Positions 36,793 through 50,175 are shown, counted from the stretch's first letter. The stretch: 52,427 nucleotides of DNA from Octopus sinensis (GCF_006345805.1 NW_021833954.1:1-52427), one strand, 5' to 3'. The notes: generated by a model not told the origin, from the sequence alone. Numbers and translations: made by a program.

Positions 36793-37084
36793 AACATTGA
36801 AAGTTTGGGTAAATATCTGTGTCGAACCTACAGACCCGTCATAGGTGGCGATGGCGGGTCTTGTCACAGTTTCCGAAGTGTATAAGTAATTGAGATTACA
36901 AGACTTATCGTGCCCTCCCCACACACTAATGCATATATGTATGTATATGTGTATGTATGTATTATGTATGTATGTATGTATGTATGTATGTATGTATGTA
37001 TGTATGTATGTGTGTGTGTATGTATGTATGTATGTATGTATGTATGTATGTATGTATGTATGTGTATGTGTATGTATGTATGTA

Positions 37085-37121
<37 letters not shown>

Positions 37122-37125
37122 ATGT

Positions 37126-37362
37126 ACCCTCTCCTTCAAGGAGAAGGGAAAGACTGAAGAAGAATTAAAAGAAATGAAAGTAAAATGAAGGCAACGCGAG
37201 GCCCAGCAACTCCAGCCAAGACCACCACCCTCACTACCATGTGATAAATGCTCGAGATTGTTCCATTCCGAACTTAGCCTTCTGAGCCATGTCAGATTTA
37301 AGCATCGTGTGGAGGCGCTGAATGAACAAAATTCGAACACGAGAGGTGCTGACGACGCTGAT
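37126..37362 (+). mobile_element. LINE 3' end with a C-terminal C2H2 finger (RTE/Zenon type)
   Basis: RQREAQQLQPRPPPSLPCDKCSRLFHSELSLLSHVRFKH after an in-frame stop; lies between (TATG)n and (CA)n. Confidence 0.65.
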
Positions 37363-37403
<41 letters not shown>

Positions 37404-37530
37404 TAAAGATAAATTTCCAGATTTCGTTTGGTAGTAATATAGAATCTAACTGGATATAAATGTGTTCTCCTTTATTATAAATTCATTAATTCATTATATA
37501 AAATAAACATATATATACATATATATATAT

Positions 37531-38516
37531 TAGGTTGTCAAGTATAAAATTTGTAGTAAGGTATATGGTAAACTTTGACAGCTGCTCATTTTGCGCCATT
37601 ATTATGTTTTGACAATCTTTATTTTTTGTTAGAAAACTGACATATCTATTTTTTTACTCTAACTCATTTTGTGTTTTATAAAGTATTTACAAATCTCTTT
37701 TTGCTATTTTTGTTTAGAGATGGATAAGTCGGAAATTCGTACAGTTTTGAAATACGAGTTCTTTCTTGAAAATACAGCATCACAGACAACAGCTCGAAAC
37801 ATTAATGGAGTATTTCATTCTAATGTTATTACACGGGAGACAGTATCAAATCGGTTTGCAAAAGTTTGACCTCATAAATGAGCAACGCGGTCGACCAGAA
37901 ACAAAGGTGGATGATGACAAACTGAAAGCCACGGTCGAGTCAAATCCATCTCAAACAACCTTTGAATTATCGTTGTTGTTTGGTGTTAGCAAGCAAACAA
38001 TATCGACTCACCTAGTTCAAATCGTTAGTGTGAAAAAGTTGGTTAAGCGGGTTCCACACGAACTCAATGAAAATCAGAAACAGCAACGTTTGGAAGCCTG
38101 TATTATACTACTTTCTCCTCACAAAAATGAATAATTTTTTTAATCGAATTGTAACGTGATGAGAAATGGATCCAATACAACAACCGTAAACGTTCAGCAC
38201 AATAGTTGGACAAAGACGAGCCACCAGAACACAACTCAAAAAGCAAAATTCATCAAAAGAAGCTGATGGTGTGTGTTTGGTGGTCTGGTGCGGGTGTGAT
38301 CTATTATGATTTCATTAAACCTGGCTCATCAATCACGGCCGAAGTATACTGCAGCCAGCTGGACCAAATGATGCAAAAACTTACAAAAAAGAACAGCCTA
38401 GATTAGTCAACAGATTTACTCCTATTTTATTGCAAGACAAAGCCAGACCACACATCGCAAAAATGACATTGGCGAAACTACAGGAGCTGGAGTTGGAAGT
38501 TCTCCTTCATCCATAG
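37531..38516 (+). pseudogene. Mariner transposase pseudogene, 3'-truncated
   Basis: MDKSEIRTVLKYEF; GRP; (W)VPHEL; IVT-DEKWI; HQKKLMVCVWW; ILLQDKARPH; EVLLHP, with stops and frameshifts. Confidence 0.92.
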
Positions 38517-38832
38517 TCTCAATTGGTCACGCTTAGGTATCTAGCCGTAAAATCTTATGCCGGTTGTTTCTAACAGGACCTTTTGGAAATGTTTGAAGAC
38601 TCTACACCCACAAACGACCCTCCCAGCTATTGTGGATGAAGAAATGTTCGGGTAAATGTTTTAGCTGAGACAGCAAGAAAAATTTGCTGCTACTTCTAGC
38701 ACACTGATAAAGCGTGTTGAGGACTGAGCGTTGGCTTGCACATTCTGTTGTAGTGATACAAAGCATTTCAACTCCTAAGTTTTGTTGATTTTATATAAAC
38801 ATACATACATATATACACATACATATATGCAT

Positions 38833-38882
<50 letters not shown>

Positions 38883-39082
38883 ATATATTAAGCTTTACTT
38901 AATTTTCCGAACCTATTTGTGAAATCGTAATGATGAAATCCTCCAGTCGACTCATCGAAGGAACACACGACATACACGAGCCTGACCCTTTTTTTCACCA
39001 GTAACTTTCAATGATTATAATATAAAGGAATAGTTCTTGTATAATGAACTTTGTACGCTCCACATAATATTTGGAAATAATA

Positions 39083-39259
39083 TTTACTCTTTTACTCTTT
39101 TACTTTAGCAAATCGACCCTAGGACTTATTCTTTGGAAGCCTAGTACTTATGCTATCGGTCTTTTTTGCCGAACGCTAAGTTAGGGGGACGTAAACACAT
39201 CACCATCGGTTGTCAAGCGATGTTGGGGGACAAACACAGACACACAAACATATACACAC

Positions 39260-39350
<91 letters not shown>

Positions 39351-39493
39351 ATACGATAGGCTTCTTTCAGTTTTCGTCTACCAAATCCACTCACAAAGCT
39401 TTGGTCGGCCCGAGGCTATAGGAGAAGACACTTGATCAAGGTGCCATGCAGTGGGACTGAACCCGGAACTATGTGGTTGGTAAGCAAGCTACT
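39083..39493 (-). mobile_element. SINE-A
   Basis: Family motifs. Confidence 0.88.
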
Positions 39494-39927
39494 GTTATTT
39501 CATTGGTTTTAGACTTCAAAACCAGTGCATTTGATGTCACATAATACACACTTTTATCTAATAAATAAATAAATCGATTTCAGCACTCCCAGTGCTAGCC
39601 TGGACCCGATTTCAAAATAACCTCTTCACTGATTTCCCTAGAATTATAAGCTCTAACGCATACGACATGATACTTTGTTGATCATCCTTACCTCCCAGTA
39701 ATCTCAACATCATTTCAAGTTACCAAGAGGAAAACTGAACTGAAGGTAATCTTAAATCGCTCCACCGAATCCGATATGCGAAGATGGTCTTCCCATAAGC
39801 TAAGCTAATCCCTGACGCTTCTTTTCCTGATTTACGCTCTGTAGAAACTGAGGTGCGTCAAATATGCTCGGGTGTCTTTAATGTCATCAAGTACGGTTCG
39901 AAGTATTTCAACAAATAACTATGCATT

Positions 39928-40331
39928 CTTTTACTCTTTTTTTTTTTATCATCTTAGTGGTTTCATTCATTAGACTGCGGCTATGCTGGAGCACCGCCTA
40001 GAAGAATTGTAGTCGACCCCAGCACTTTTATTTTACTTCAAACCTGCCACTTATTTTATCGGCCGTTTTTGTCGAACCGCTAAGTTTACAGGGGCATAAA
40101 CAAACCAACACCGGTTTCAAGGGGTGGTGGGAGGGGACACACACACACAAATACATACACACGCATACAAACGATAGGTTTATTTCGGCTTCCGTTCACC
40201 AAATCCATTCACAAGGCTTTGGTCAGCCCGAGGTTATTGAAGAAGAAACTTGCCCAAGGTGCACACAGTGGGATTGAGCACGGAACCATGTTGTTGGAAA
40301 GCAAGCTTCTTACCACACAGCTACTCCCGCG
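39928..40331 (-). mobile_element. Diverged SINE-A
   Basis: Family motifs. Confidence 0.82.
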
Positions 40332-40723
40332 AATTAACTGTTTCTATGTACCGTTCAAAGCCTACAGCTTATACGTTTTATAAATGAAACATTTGATTAT
40401 ATTTTGAATACTGGTAATTATTCAGAAGCAAAATCTTCGACATTACGAATGCATTACTCATTAAGCTCCATTAAATTAGTTAATTACTTGTAGTAAAAAA
40501 CAATAATACGAGAAATTGTTTGTAAGTAATTTAATTTGTAACAGTTAATTTAGAATTATTATTGCATAACATTTATATTTTTGTAGGAATATGGAAGTAT
40601 TTTAGTTTTTTTTTTTTCATTGTTTTGTGCGATCTTAATGAGCTTGTTCGGGTGGAGTTTTTGCCCCGAAACACAACTCTGTTGATCCAATGCATAGAGT
40701 TGTGTTTAATGTTCATTCAAAGC

Positions 40724-40916
40724 AAAGCGTTGAGCTGGCAGAATCGCTAGCACAAAGAGCAAAATGCTTAGTGGCATTTCGTCCGTCTTTACGTTTTGAG
40801 TTCAAATTCCGCCGAGGTCAACTTTGCCTTTCATCCTTTCGGCGTCGATAAAATAAGCACCATTTTATCACTGGAGTCGATGTAATCGACTTAATCCTTC
40901 CCCCGAATTTGCTGGC
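40724..40916 (+). mobile_element. SINE-B
   Basis: Family motifs. Confidence 0.85.
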
Positions 40917-41144
40917 TGTTATAGCGGACACCCCGAAGTGGCTGTTCCACTACTGATAAACAGTGGACAGACACAACAAGCAGGGACAGTCAGCGAGGTA
41001 TTTTTGTTGGTTTTAAACCATTTTTGATTCCGTTTGGCGTGTATCGTGTTGTGCTTTGTTGTATCTTTGTTGAAGATACCGCGCGGGTGAGCCATGTTTT
41101 GTTGAATTTGTTAAATCGAAAGTGTCGTTTTAAGATTTATAATA

Positions 41145-41359
41145 TTGGTTTCAAATTTTGGCAAAAGGTCTGCAGTTTGGGGGAGGGGCCAAGTAGATTA
41201 AATCGGCCTCAATGCTCAGCTGGAACTTATTTTATCGATCCCGAAATGATGAAAGGCAAAGCCGACCTCAGTAGAAATTGAACTCAGGACGTACAGACCA
41301 ATGGAATGCCTCTAAGCATTTTGCCCAGTGTGTTAACGATTCTACCAGCTCACCGCCTT
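41145..41359 (-). mobile_element. Diverged SINE-B
   Basis: Family motifs. Confidence 0.8.
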
Positions 41360-41489
41360 CAAGATTATTAATAATATTGAAACTCTCTTGGTCTCTTATA
41401 CAGTACGTTTTAAAGAAAAACCGCGACATTCTAAGCAAATTGCTTTAATATACATTTTTACCAAGCTGAAATCACCCATTAAGTCAGCA

Positions 41490-41712
41490 AGTCAGCCTGT
41501 AACTGAAGTTCCTGTTGGTGCTCTCTGAGTGCCCCGGGGACAAATCGCCGGGACTTGATGGTCTGCCCTATGAGTTTTATAAAAGCATGCCAGACTTGTT
41601 CGGGCACCTACTGCCTAGCGTCTATGCCAACTGGCGGCAGAATGGGAGAATTCCCAAAGCTGCTAGTCGGAGGTCGGTGGTGACGCTAAGAAAGGACCCG
41701 AGCAAGGGTTAT
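41490..41712 (+). pseudogene. Tx1/L1-clade ORF2 internal fragment (start of the RT domain)
   Basis: KSPGLDGLPYEFYKSMPDLFGHLL..VYANW.Q.G.IP....VVTLRKDP. Confidence 0.85.
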
Positions 41713-42119
41713 ATCGTTGGTGTTTCTGTTACAGACATTGTTCGGTGTTCGAAATCTCATTCTCCTACTTTACATGATGGCATTAACTTAGAAGAATATC
41801 AAAATCATGAAGCGAATCTTTTTTTTTTTTTGTCAAATTATGTTTTTCACTAATTTTAACGTGTTTAAGTGATTCTAAGTTGAGCAGGTATTCTATATTA
41901 TGATACTGAATCCTGGATTTGGAAACGACTGACTGTCAGTTTGTATTGTGGGAGTCAATTAATAAGTTTCAATGTAAGATTAAATTCCGTTCTTGAGCGC
42001 TTTCTCGAGAACGGACACTCGCTCGGTAGATAGGGAAGAGTTATTCATGTGCGTGTGTGTCCGTGCGTATTTGTATATGAGAGTACTTATGTGTGTGTGT
42101 GTGTGTGCGTACATGCGCA

Positions 42120-42360
42120 TGCGTGTGTCCACGTCTTGACACCACGTCATACTTGAAAATGAGCATCACTGCCATAGAATCGGTGCCTTTCATTTCCAGT
42201 TTCACGTGAAAGCATAACCGGCCATATGAGATATTGCCTTGCTAGGAAGCATGTGAGAATTGGCAACAGGAAGAGTATCTGACCATAGAAAAATCTGCCT
42301 CAGCGAATTCCGTCTGATCCATGCAAACATAAAAAGTGGTCTTTAAAATAATGATGAAAA
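42120..42360 (+). mobile_element. Degenerate SINE 3' fragment
   Basis: GGCAACAGGAAGAGTATC...AAAATCTGCCTC...CCATGCAA..AAAAAGTGG...ATGATGA tail. Confidence 0.5.
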
Positions 42361-43035
42361 CGATAACGAGGTGCTTATGACGCTCCCACAGTTAGGCTAT
42401 ATCGTTAGTGGTATACAATGACTAATCCAAATTTTACTATGACGTTGGGGCAAGTAAGCTGATACGGTGCTTGATTATTTCTGTGTGCCGATGCTTGTCA
42501 GAACGCCCGATATTGTTTCTGTTCTATGATATTCAGCTGTAATTAAGGAAGTGCTGCAGAAGAATTAGTAGGATACAGTTGCTGTCAAATGAGGACACAA
42601 GCGAACTTAAGAACCCAGTTCTTTGCAAGCCGACCCTGTTTACATATACACAAACACACACGCGCATACACGCTGATATATATCATGGTGAAAGTTTGCG
42701 TAGAGCACATTGACAGCTACGGGAGTGGTGAGACGGGAGAAAAAGGTAGCTACACACACTGGTTTGAGGATGTTGTAGAGAGGACGTCTAGCTGGGTTTG
42801 AAACAAACGGAACCGAGCCGGAAGCCAAGGACATTGACTGACCGTCAATGTCGTGCGGCAACTGGAGGGTGTTGTCGTTTAGAACCGAAACACTCGAGGG
42901 AAGTTGGACACGACTTAGCAAGTTCTCTTGGCTGAAAATTACAGTCATGAGTAACTGACTACATCTGCTTGCTCTCTAGTTGATGTATCTAATCACACAC
43001 ACACACAACACACACACATACACACACACACACAT

Positions 43036-43091
<56 letters not shown>

Positions 43092-44292
43092 AATATGTAC
43101 ATATATTTGGTTTCTTTCTTTGAAAAAGAAAAAAGAGATCAGCCAAATGATTAGTGCGGGTCCTGGATTTATATAGTCTAATATTTTAAATTATTATACA
43201 TTTTCTATAAATCTCCTCTATTGGTGTTAATAAGCTACATATACTTTATCGTGGTTTTAGTGATTAAACTATTTTATTTCTTTTTCTATGGTGTTCTGTT
43301 ATACTTGATTATTTTATCTTTATTATTTTATAATAAACTTTTATTTATAAAAATCAATCCAATTTTTGTACCTCTATAAATTCATTCTTAGCTTATATAA
43401 AACTATACTGGTATATTCACTAATAAAAAACTGCTTAGATTATAATTTTATTAATATATAATTAGCATGTTCTTTTACCTCAATACTCCTTTATTAATAC
43501 CAGTACATACAAATTAATCAATATTCACAGACACCATCTGATGAGTTAGTATTTAAGTGTATAATATGTATAAATATTAAACTATTTCTGGATAATTTCT
43601 TTTCCCCCCTCTATTGTGGTAAAAGTTTGGTATATACTCAAAAGTATTTATAAATTTCTATCCGTTTGTTATAATATTCTACTTAATAATCCTCTGAATA
43701 ACCCCAAACTTTAACTGTATACAATATAGCAACATTGTTTAAAATATTTTAACTATAGTACTACATGATAGACTCCCCCTGTTTCATTATCAATGGTCTG
43801 CTAGTGGGCGACCCCCTTAATTGTCAGTTAACATCTTGTTTTAAGTTTTCCTTTACCAAACCTCACGATATTGCTTCTAATAAATCTTGATTTCTATGAC
43901 TATACCAACTATGATTTCTGTTTGCTCCCTCAGCCCTACCCCTAACAGACACTGCCCCTTTGTTCTGTCAGCCTTAGATATACAAGGATTTGATAAACTA
44001 GTCTATAAATTAAAACTGACCCCATAAAAGCAATAAATCAGTGACAGGTAGAGTCTTAGTAGCTTCTATGCTGGAGTGAATGTGTCCATTTGTTTTAATT
44101 TAATTAAATTCTATGTCTTTGTGCAGCTGAGGATTGCTCTGCATTTAAATTGATGTAATGATTGGATTATCAAATTAAATGGAGTTGCATGAAACGATCG
44201 TACTGCATTACCTCTGGATATCCTTGTTGCTTATTTTGATCATGTATATACCTTCAGACATTCATGTTTGCAGAGAGAAACGCTAACACACA

Positions 44293-44331
<39 letters not shown>

Positions 44332-44970
44332 ACACACACACGCACACACACACACATACATACACACACACACAAACACACACACACACATGCACAAAAA
44401 AGAAGAAGCATACTTTCCGCATTTTCATATATAGAAACACACGCAAGCACGAATTCCGTGTGGCCTATTTTGTTTGTAAATCAGGTATGTTCTTTCAACT
44501 TGAAGGAATGCAGTTAAGAAATTACCTGCTACATACAAACATCTCTCCTCTTTGTTCTCTCTCTCTCTCTCTCTCGCTCTCTCTTTCTCTCCCTTTCTAC
44601 CCCCTCTCTCTCACTATCTTGGACTTCCACTTCGTTCTTTTCTTGTATTCGTTCTTTCTTCCTACCATCTGTCTGTTTCCCTGGCTGTCTGTCTCACTCT
44701 CTCCCTCCCCATTCTGTATACATCTACATAATTATGTTGAGAGACATGTCTCTTGTTCTATGTTAAACTTTAATATGAGTCTATTGTATAGTAGGATAAA
44801 GATCACGGTTTCAGTTTGTGGTAAGCGTCTGCTCATTAGTAATGTAGTTGTTCACCGGATCTATTCACAGTAGCATGTAATTATGTTTAAGGTAAACTTT
44901 TGACACATATGTATATTATACACATATACATGTGTAGTACGTATATATTTGTTCACTTTATATATATAAA

Positions 44971-45092
44971 GTGAGTGAACTGGAGCAACGTGAAATAAAG
45001 TGTCTTGCTCAAGAACACAACACGCAGCCCGGTCCGGGAATCGAACTCACAACATCACAATCGTAAGCTCGACGCTCTAACCACTGAGCCAT
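44971..45092 (-). mobile_element. SINE-D head fragment
   Basis: Near-identical to 15625-15745. Confidence 0.85.
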
Positions 45093-45129
45093 ATCTACTC
45101 ATATATCTACTCATTCTACACGGCACTTT

Positions 45130-45380
45130 CCATGGAACTGAATATTATCACCCTACATTTATTTTTACTTTTATTTTTATTTCCCTTTATACTTCCTGTA
45201 TTTATCCTTTTTTCCAAAATAACTCCTTATATTGAACTCTACTATTTCCCTCTAGTTAAATCTTTCATATCGTCTCTGATGAAGGCATATCCCTAATATC
45301 CCAGAAACAGCTGTAAGACAACCTTTCACTTTATAAATGTCCTGTAAATTCCACGCAGCCTTGGTCTTGTCTCATTTTAT
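45130..45380 (+). mobile_element. Repeat family HC (hammerhead-bearing)
   Basis: Homologous to 35090-35330; followed by (CA)n. Confidence 0.65.
45272..45319 (+). ncRNA. Minimal type-I hammerhead ribozyme with a canonical core
   Basis: gtct-CTGATGA-a-ggcatat(cccta)atatccc-a-GAAA-CAGCTG-TA-agac: stem I gtct/agac, palindromic stem III ACAGCTGT, GUA cleavage triplet (cut predicted after 45315). Confidence 0.85.
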
Positions 45381-45492
45381 TTAACACACACACACAGACA
45401 CACACACACACATGTTTGTATGTGTTATAAACAAGTATATGGATAAATATGCATAAATGCATGTACATATACATGTATATTTATATACATAC

Positions 45493-45546
<54 letters not shown>

Positions 45547-45672
45547 AATATATATATATATATATATAATATATATATATATATACAATACATATATATA
45601 CATATATATATATATCCATAACATACATATATATACATATTATAGATATATGTATATATATATATATATGTA

Positions 45673-45715
<43 letters not shown>

Positions 45716-45729
45716 ATATATAATATCTA

Positions 45730-45918
45730 TAGAGTCATTCCAAACATGAAAACACCAAGAGAAACACAACACCCGAGGATGTGGAACAAATATAGTATTA
45801 TTTGACGCTCAGGAAAGAAGGGAAGAAGGAGGGTTTAACGTTTCGAGCGGAGCTCTTTGTCAGAAATATAGTAAAAGGAAAGATCCAGAGAAGGGAAGAC
45901 AGAGGAAAAAAATCGCCA
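45730..45918 (-). mobile_element. Family HA copy with hammerhead at 45833-45867
   Basis: Minus strand attt-CTGACAA-agagc-tcc-gctc-GAAACGTT-aaac; flanked by (TA)n and (TATG)n. Confidence 0.7.
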
Positions 45919-46702
45919 TATGTATGTATGTATGTATGTATGTATGTTGTATGTATGTATGTATGTATGTATGTATGTGTACCGATTTTGTTACTTGACG
46001 GTTGTACGCCTAATGTAGAGGTGGATATCTGTATATTATGATGTAATACACCTAATTAATGAATATCTTTCTTCCGAAACATATGTCACACTGACCTGCG
46101 ATTGCTCATCTTTGTTTTATATGTACATTTACCGCATAGTAAGCGACATAGGTTGCTACTGGAACTGGAGTTGTATGTATGTATGTTCGTATGTCTTTAC
46201 ATACGTATATAGAAGCATGCATGCATACATAAATACATACATATATATGTCCATATGTACATACTGGTTGCAAATTAGCAGTGACGAGTTCAATGTCATT
46301 TGATATTTTTCTGGCTCTGTGTACCCTAATTCATATCAAAGCAAACTTATCTTTGCCTTTTTTTTTATTTATATAATCGGGATCAATACGTTAATCACTA
46401 ATAAAACATTTGGTTTGATTCTTCTTTCGTCTCTTTTGGCACCTCCAAGAATTGGTTACATCCTGTATGAAAATCTCTGAGGAGTTTACTAGTAGTGTTA
46501 TATGATTCTCTTACCTGACACTTCTAATAGCCTTGAAATACATTTGTACTATCCAAAATGCTTTATTTAATTATCGGGAAACACGTCTTAAAGATTTGCG
46601 AAGTATTACAGATTCAAATGATATTTCATGCTCCGCTCTACTGTCACAATTGAGTACACTTAACTAACTGTTGTTTTCACTTATGTAATTGAATATATAT
46701 AT

Positions 46703-46836
46703 AGCCTAGTAGTTAGTGTGTTGCACTCACGATCGCGAGAACGTGGTTTCAATACCTAGACCGGGTAGTGCATTGTGATCACTTCGACACCTGACGTGTA
46801 GCCCACTGTACAGCTAGTCAGGTGATGTAACGTGAT
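46703..46836 (+). mobile_element. Deleted SINE-D remnant
   Basis: AGCCTAGTAGTTAGTGTGTTGCACTCACGATCGCGAG...GGTTTCAAT. Confidence 0.55.
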
Positions 46837-46859
46837 ATACATATATATCATGCACTTAT

Positions 46860-46895
<36 letters not shown>

Positions 46896-46903
46896 TTACA
46901 ACA

Positions 46904-46963
<60 letters not shown>

Positions 46964-47360
46964 GTACACACACACACACACATATAAAATCTTGTAAAGT
47001 TGTGGAGTATAGCTTACCTTCTATATTCTTACTCTGAAAGATTCCTTAAAAATAAGTTTATATTTCTTTTTAGTCCTTTTCCTTTTTTCTTTTTTCCTAC
47101 AAAAAAAAAAGAAAACCAAAAATATGCAGATGAAACGATAATAATGTACTGGTGTAAATATAGATGACGAACCTTGAGAAGATGTGAGTGATACAGAAAA
47201 GAAAGATGAAAGAAATAGACACTGTGAATATAGAAAGCTATACAAGCGATAAAAGAAGAAAATAAGAGAGAATTTGTGAGAGATAGACAGTAAGAATGAT
47301 ATTGAAAAGCTCATATATGTATATATGTATATATGCTGATATATATATATATATATATCA

Positions 47361-47556
47361 TGGAGTCAGTCGTCATGATAGATCGTTAGCCACCACACAC
47401 ATTTTTCTCTCCTTGTTTTTTCTGTGTCCCTTTCTGTAGAAGAGCGTAGGCTCGAAACATAAAAGACTTGTTCTATTCCTGAGCGTTATACTAATACACC
47501 TGTTGTTTTGTACACCACCTGTCTTCGTCTTTTGTTTTTTTCGTAAACAAACCACC
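47361..47556 (+). mobile_element. Family HB copy in (TA)n, hammerhead at 47430-47465
   Basis: cttt-CTGTAGA-agagc-gtag-gctc-GAAA-CA-TA-aaag. Confidence 0.7.
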
Positions 47557-47558
47557 AG

Positions 47559-47596
<38 letters not shown>

Positions 47597-47633
47597 TATA
47601 TATTATATATATATATATATAATATATAGATAG

Positions 47634-47678
<45 letters not shown>

Positions 47679-47881
47679 CCCACACACACACACACACACA
47701 TACATATGTATATTATCTCTCTCTCTCTCTCTACATACACACACTCATATATATGTAGAGAGAGAGAGTGTGTGTGTGGAGAGAGAGGGTGAAGAGAGAG
47801 AGGAGAGAGAACGAAGTGAAGCCCTAAAAAGGGGAAATATATTGATTAGATAGAAGACTGATTTTTTAATACATACATGCA

Positions 47882-48102
47882 TACGAGACGGGTGCAGAAA
47901 AGTTCCTGGATTTAAGGGTCTCACGAAAGATCTGGTAGGCGGCACAACCTTCCGAGTTTTTTTACAGGGCTTCGAAAAGACTGAAGGACCGCTGAAATAC
48001 GTGTGTGAATTTGAGAGGGGATTTAAGAGTTGAATAAAGTCATAATTAGCTGATCCACCTGTATTTTCTTTTACCCAAAGTCAAGAACTTTTCAGCATCC
48101 TA
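47882..48102 (+). mobile_element. Mariner-derived MITE
   Basis: TIRs GGGTGCAGAAAAGTTCCTGG / CAAGAACTTTTCAGCATCC; TA flanks. Confidence 0.78.
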
Positions 48103-48106
48103 TATA

Positions 48107-48175
<69 letters not shown>

Positions 48176-48349
48176 ATATATATATATATATATATATATT
48201 TCGATCAAATCCTTAAGAGTTAACATGGGATCCCTTGGCGACAATATAACCTTCATTTGATTAAACTATCTTTGGCCCGACGAGTAACTAACGGATTACA
48301 CCTCGTTTGGGTAATTAGTATTTCCGAGGTTCTGGCAGCTGTGAAACAT

Positions 48350-48385
48350 ACGTAGCTACTACATTCCTTAATGTAGTAGCTACGT
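48350..48385. other. Perfect 16-bp hairpin
   Basis: ACGTAGCTACTACATT-cctt-AATGTAGTAGCTACGT. Confidence 0.9.
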
Positions 48386-49444
48386 TACACACACATATAA
48401 TCGATTAAGTAAACTGAAGATGGAATTGGTATAACTCTTTATATATATTCTGTTGTGTCTGGGGAGAGTCATTCTCTTTTAGTACCTTAATATTTAACAC
48501 ACTCACCGGTAAAATTTCCACTTATTTCTTATTTTTATTTTCTAAAATTTTCGTTGCGTCTTGCAACCTTTTCAATAGTCTTGACTCTGTCCGTTATTTA
48601 CACTGCGTTCCCTTTTGTTTGTTTGTGCGCATGTGTGTGGGTCAGTGTGTGTGTGTGTGTGTGCCTATACATGCATACATGTACGTATGTATGTGTGTGT
48701 GTTTGCATATGTATGTATGTATATATGTGTGTATGCATATGTATGTATGCATGTGTGTGCATCTGTATGTAAGAATCCTGCATATATATGTGCTTGCCTG
48801 TCCGTGTTTGTGTATTTTCTATGTATGTGTTTTCTATGTATTTTCCATTTTCTATTTTTCAACACACGAACTCATATAAAGAATCTTGCAAACCAAATCC
48901 CAAAACGAAATCTTTATATATATATTTACCCTAAATAAGCGAGTAAATAACAACTTGACCATTGACACTCAAGATCATTAGCGAGACACCACTTTATATA
49001 CGAATGTACTTGGTGTGACACAGATTGCAAATTTGATGCAACGCAATATGATGTACAGTGTCCCACCCATAAAGGACAGTCGCAGGATGAGTCGAAACGA
49101 TTGTCGTACAAAATAAAGAGTTATACTAATTCTATCTTCTATTTGCTTAATTGATTATTATCTCAACTAACACTGCGGAATTCGCGAAGTAGATCCAACG
49201 GAAATATACCCCTACTGCGGATGACACCAGGCAGCCCAAACTGTGCCAGTGCTTTACTCAACACATTAAGATACTTAATGACATATATCAGTCCAAATAT
49301 TACGCATACACACACACATATGCATACATAAACACATATATGCATTTATATATATATAGATATTATATATATTATATTTTGTGATATTTGATTTAGTATT
49401 TCTAAATTGAATTTTTCCCTGTAAGTTAGGAATAATATTCCCTC

Positions 49445-49520
<76 letters not shown>

Positions 49521-50175
49521 TGTATATGTTGTATATGGTGTGTGTATCTATGTATATATACATGTATTGGGAGAGAAAACGAGAGAAAGAAAGAGAAAAG
49601 GAGTTACAGAGAGGCGTAGACAGGAGATAAAATAAGGGCAACAAAAAGCAAAGAGAAATATAAGGTAAAAGTCAGACAGGATATGAGAAGGATAGGTGAT
49701 ACATTCGATTCGCAGACGCAAAGCTTTGGTTTTTCTGTTTTCTCTCCAACATCCTCAAAGATCTCAGATTTCGCGCCAACAGGAGTAACCACTACAGTAT
49801 ATCCTATTTGAAGGCCTCTATGACATCATGGCAATTTGGTCCGGAACCGGATGTACATCATGAAAAATAGGATAAGTCGAGGTAGATGAGGCTGAGACGG
49901 AGTAGAAGTAAGAGGTGGAGTAGTATAGGCGAAGAGGAGAAGGTTAATGGTGTACCACCTAAATGAAGACTGAGTACATAAGTATGCATTTACGCAAATA
50001 CACCCACAGATGTACATTCGTACATACACACACACACACACACGCGCACGCACACACATACGCACACACACATACACGCACACACATTCACATAGACACT
50101 CACGTTACACAAAGTTTCTTTGCATACAAGTCTTATTAGCGAGTAGTGATTACATATATATATGCGTGTGTATGT

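Noticed and set aside
37126-37310. Host C2H2 zinc-finger exon
   Set aside because: Single finger, upstream in-frame stop, and context typical of a LINE C-terminus between microsatellites.
42589-42960. GC-richer ORF pair
   Set aside because: No recognisable protein motif; may be an unidentified repeat.
43533-43660. CTGATGA hammerhead candidate
   Set aside because: No matching GAAA/NUH with stem I closure found.
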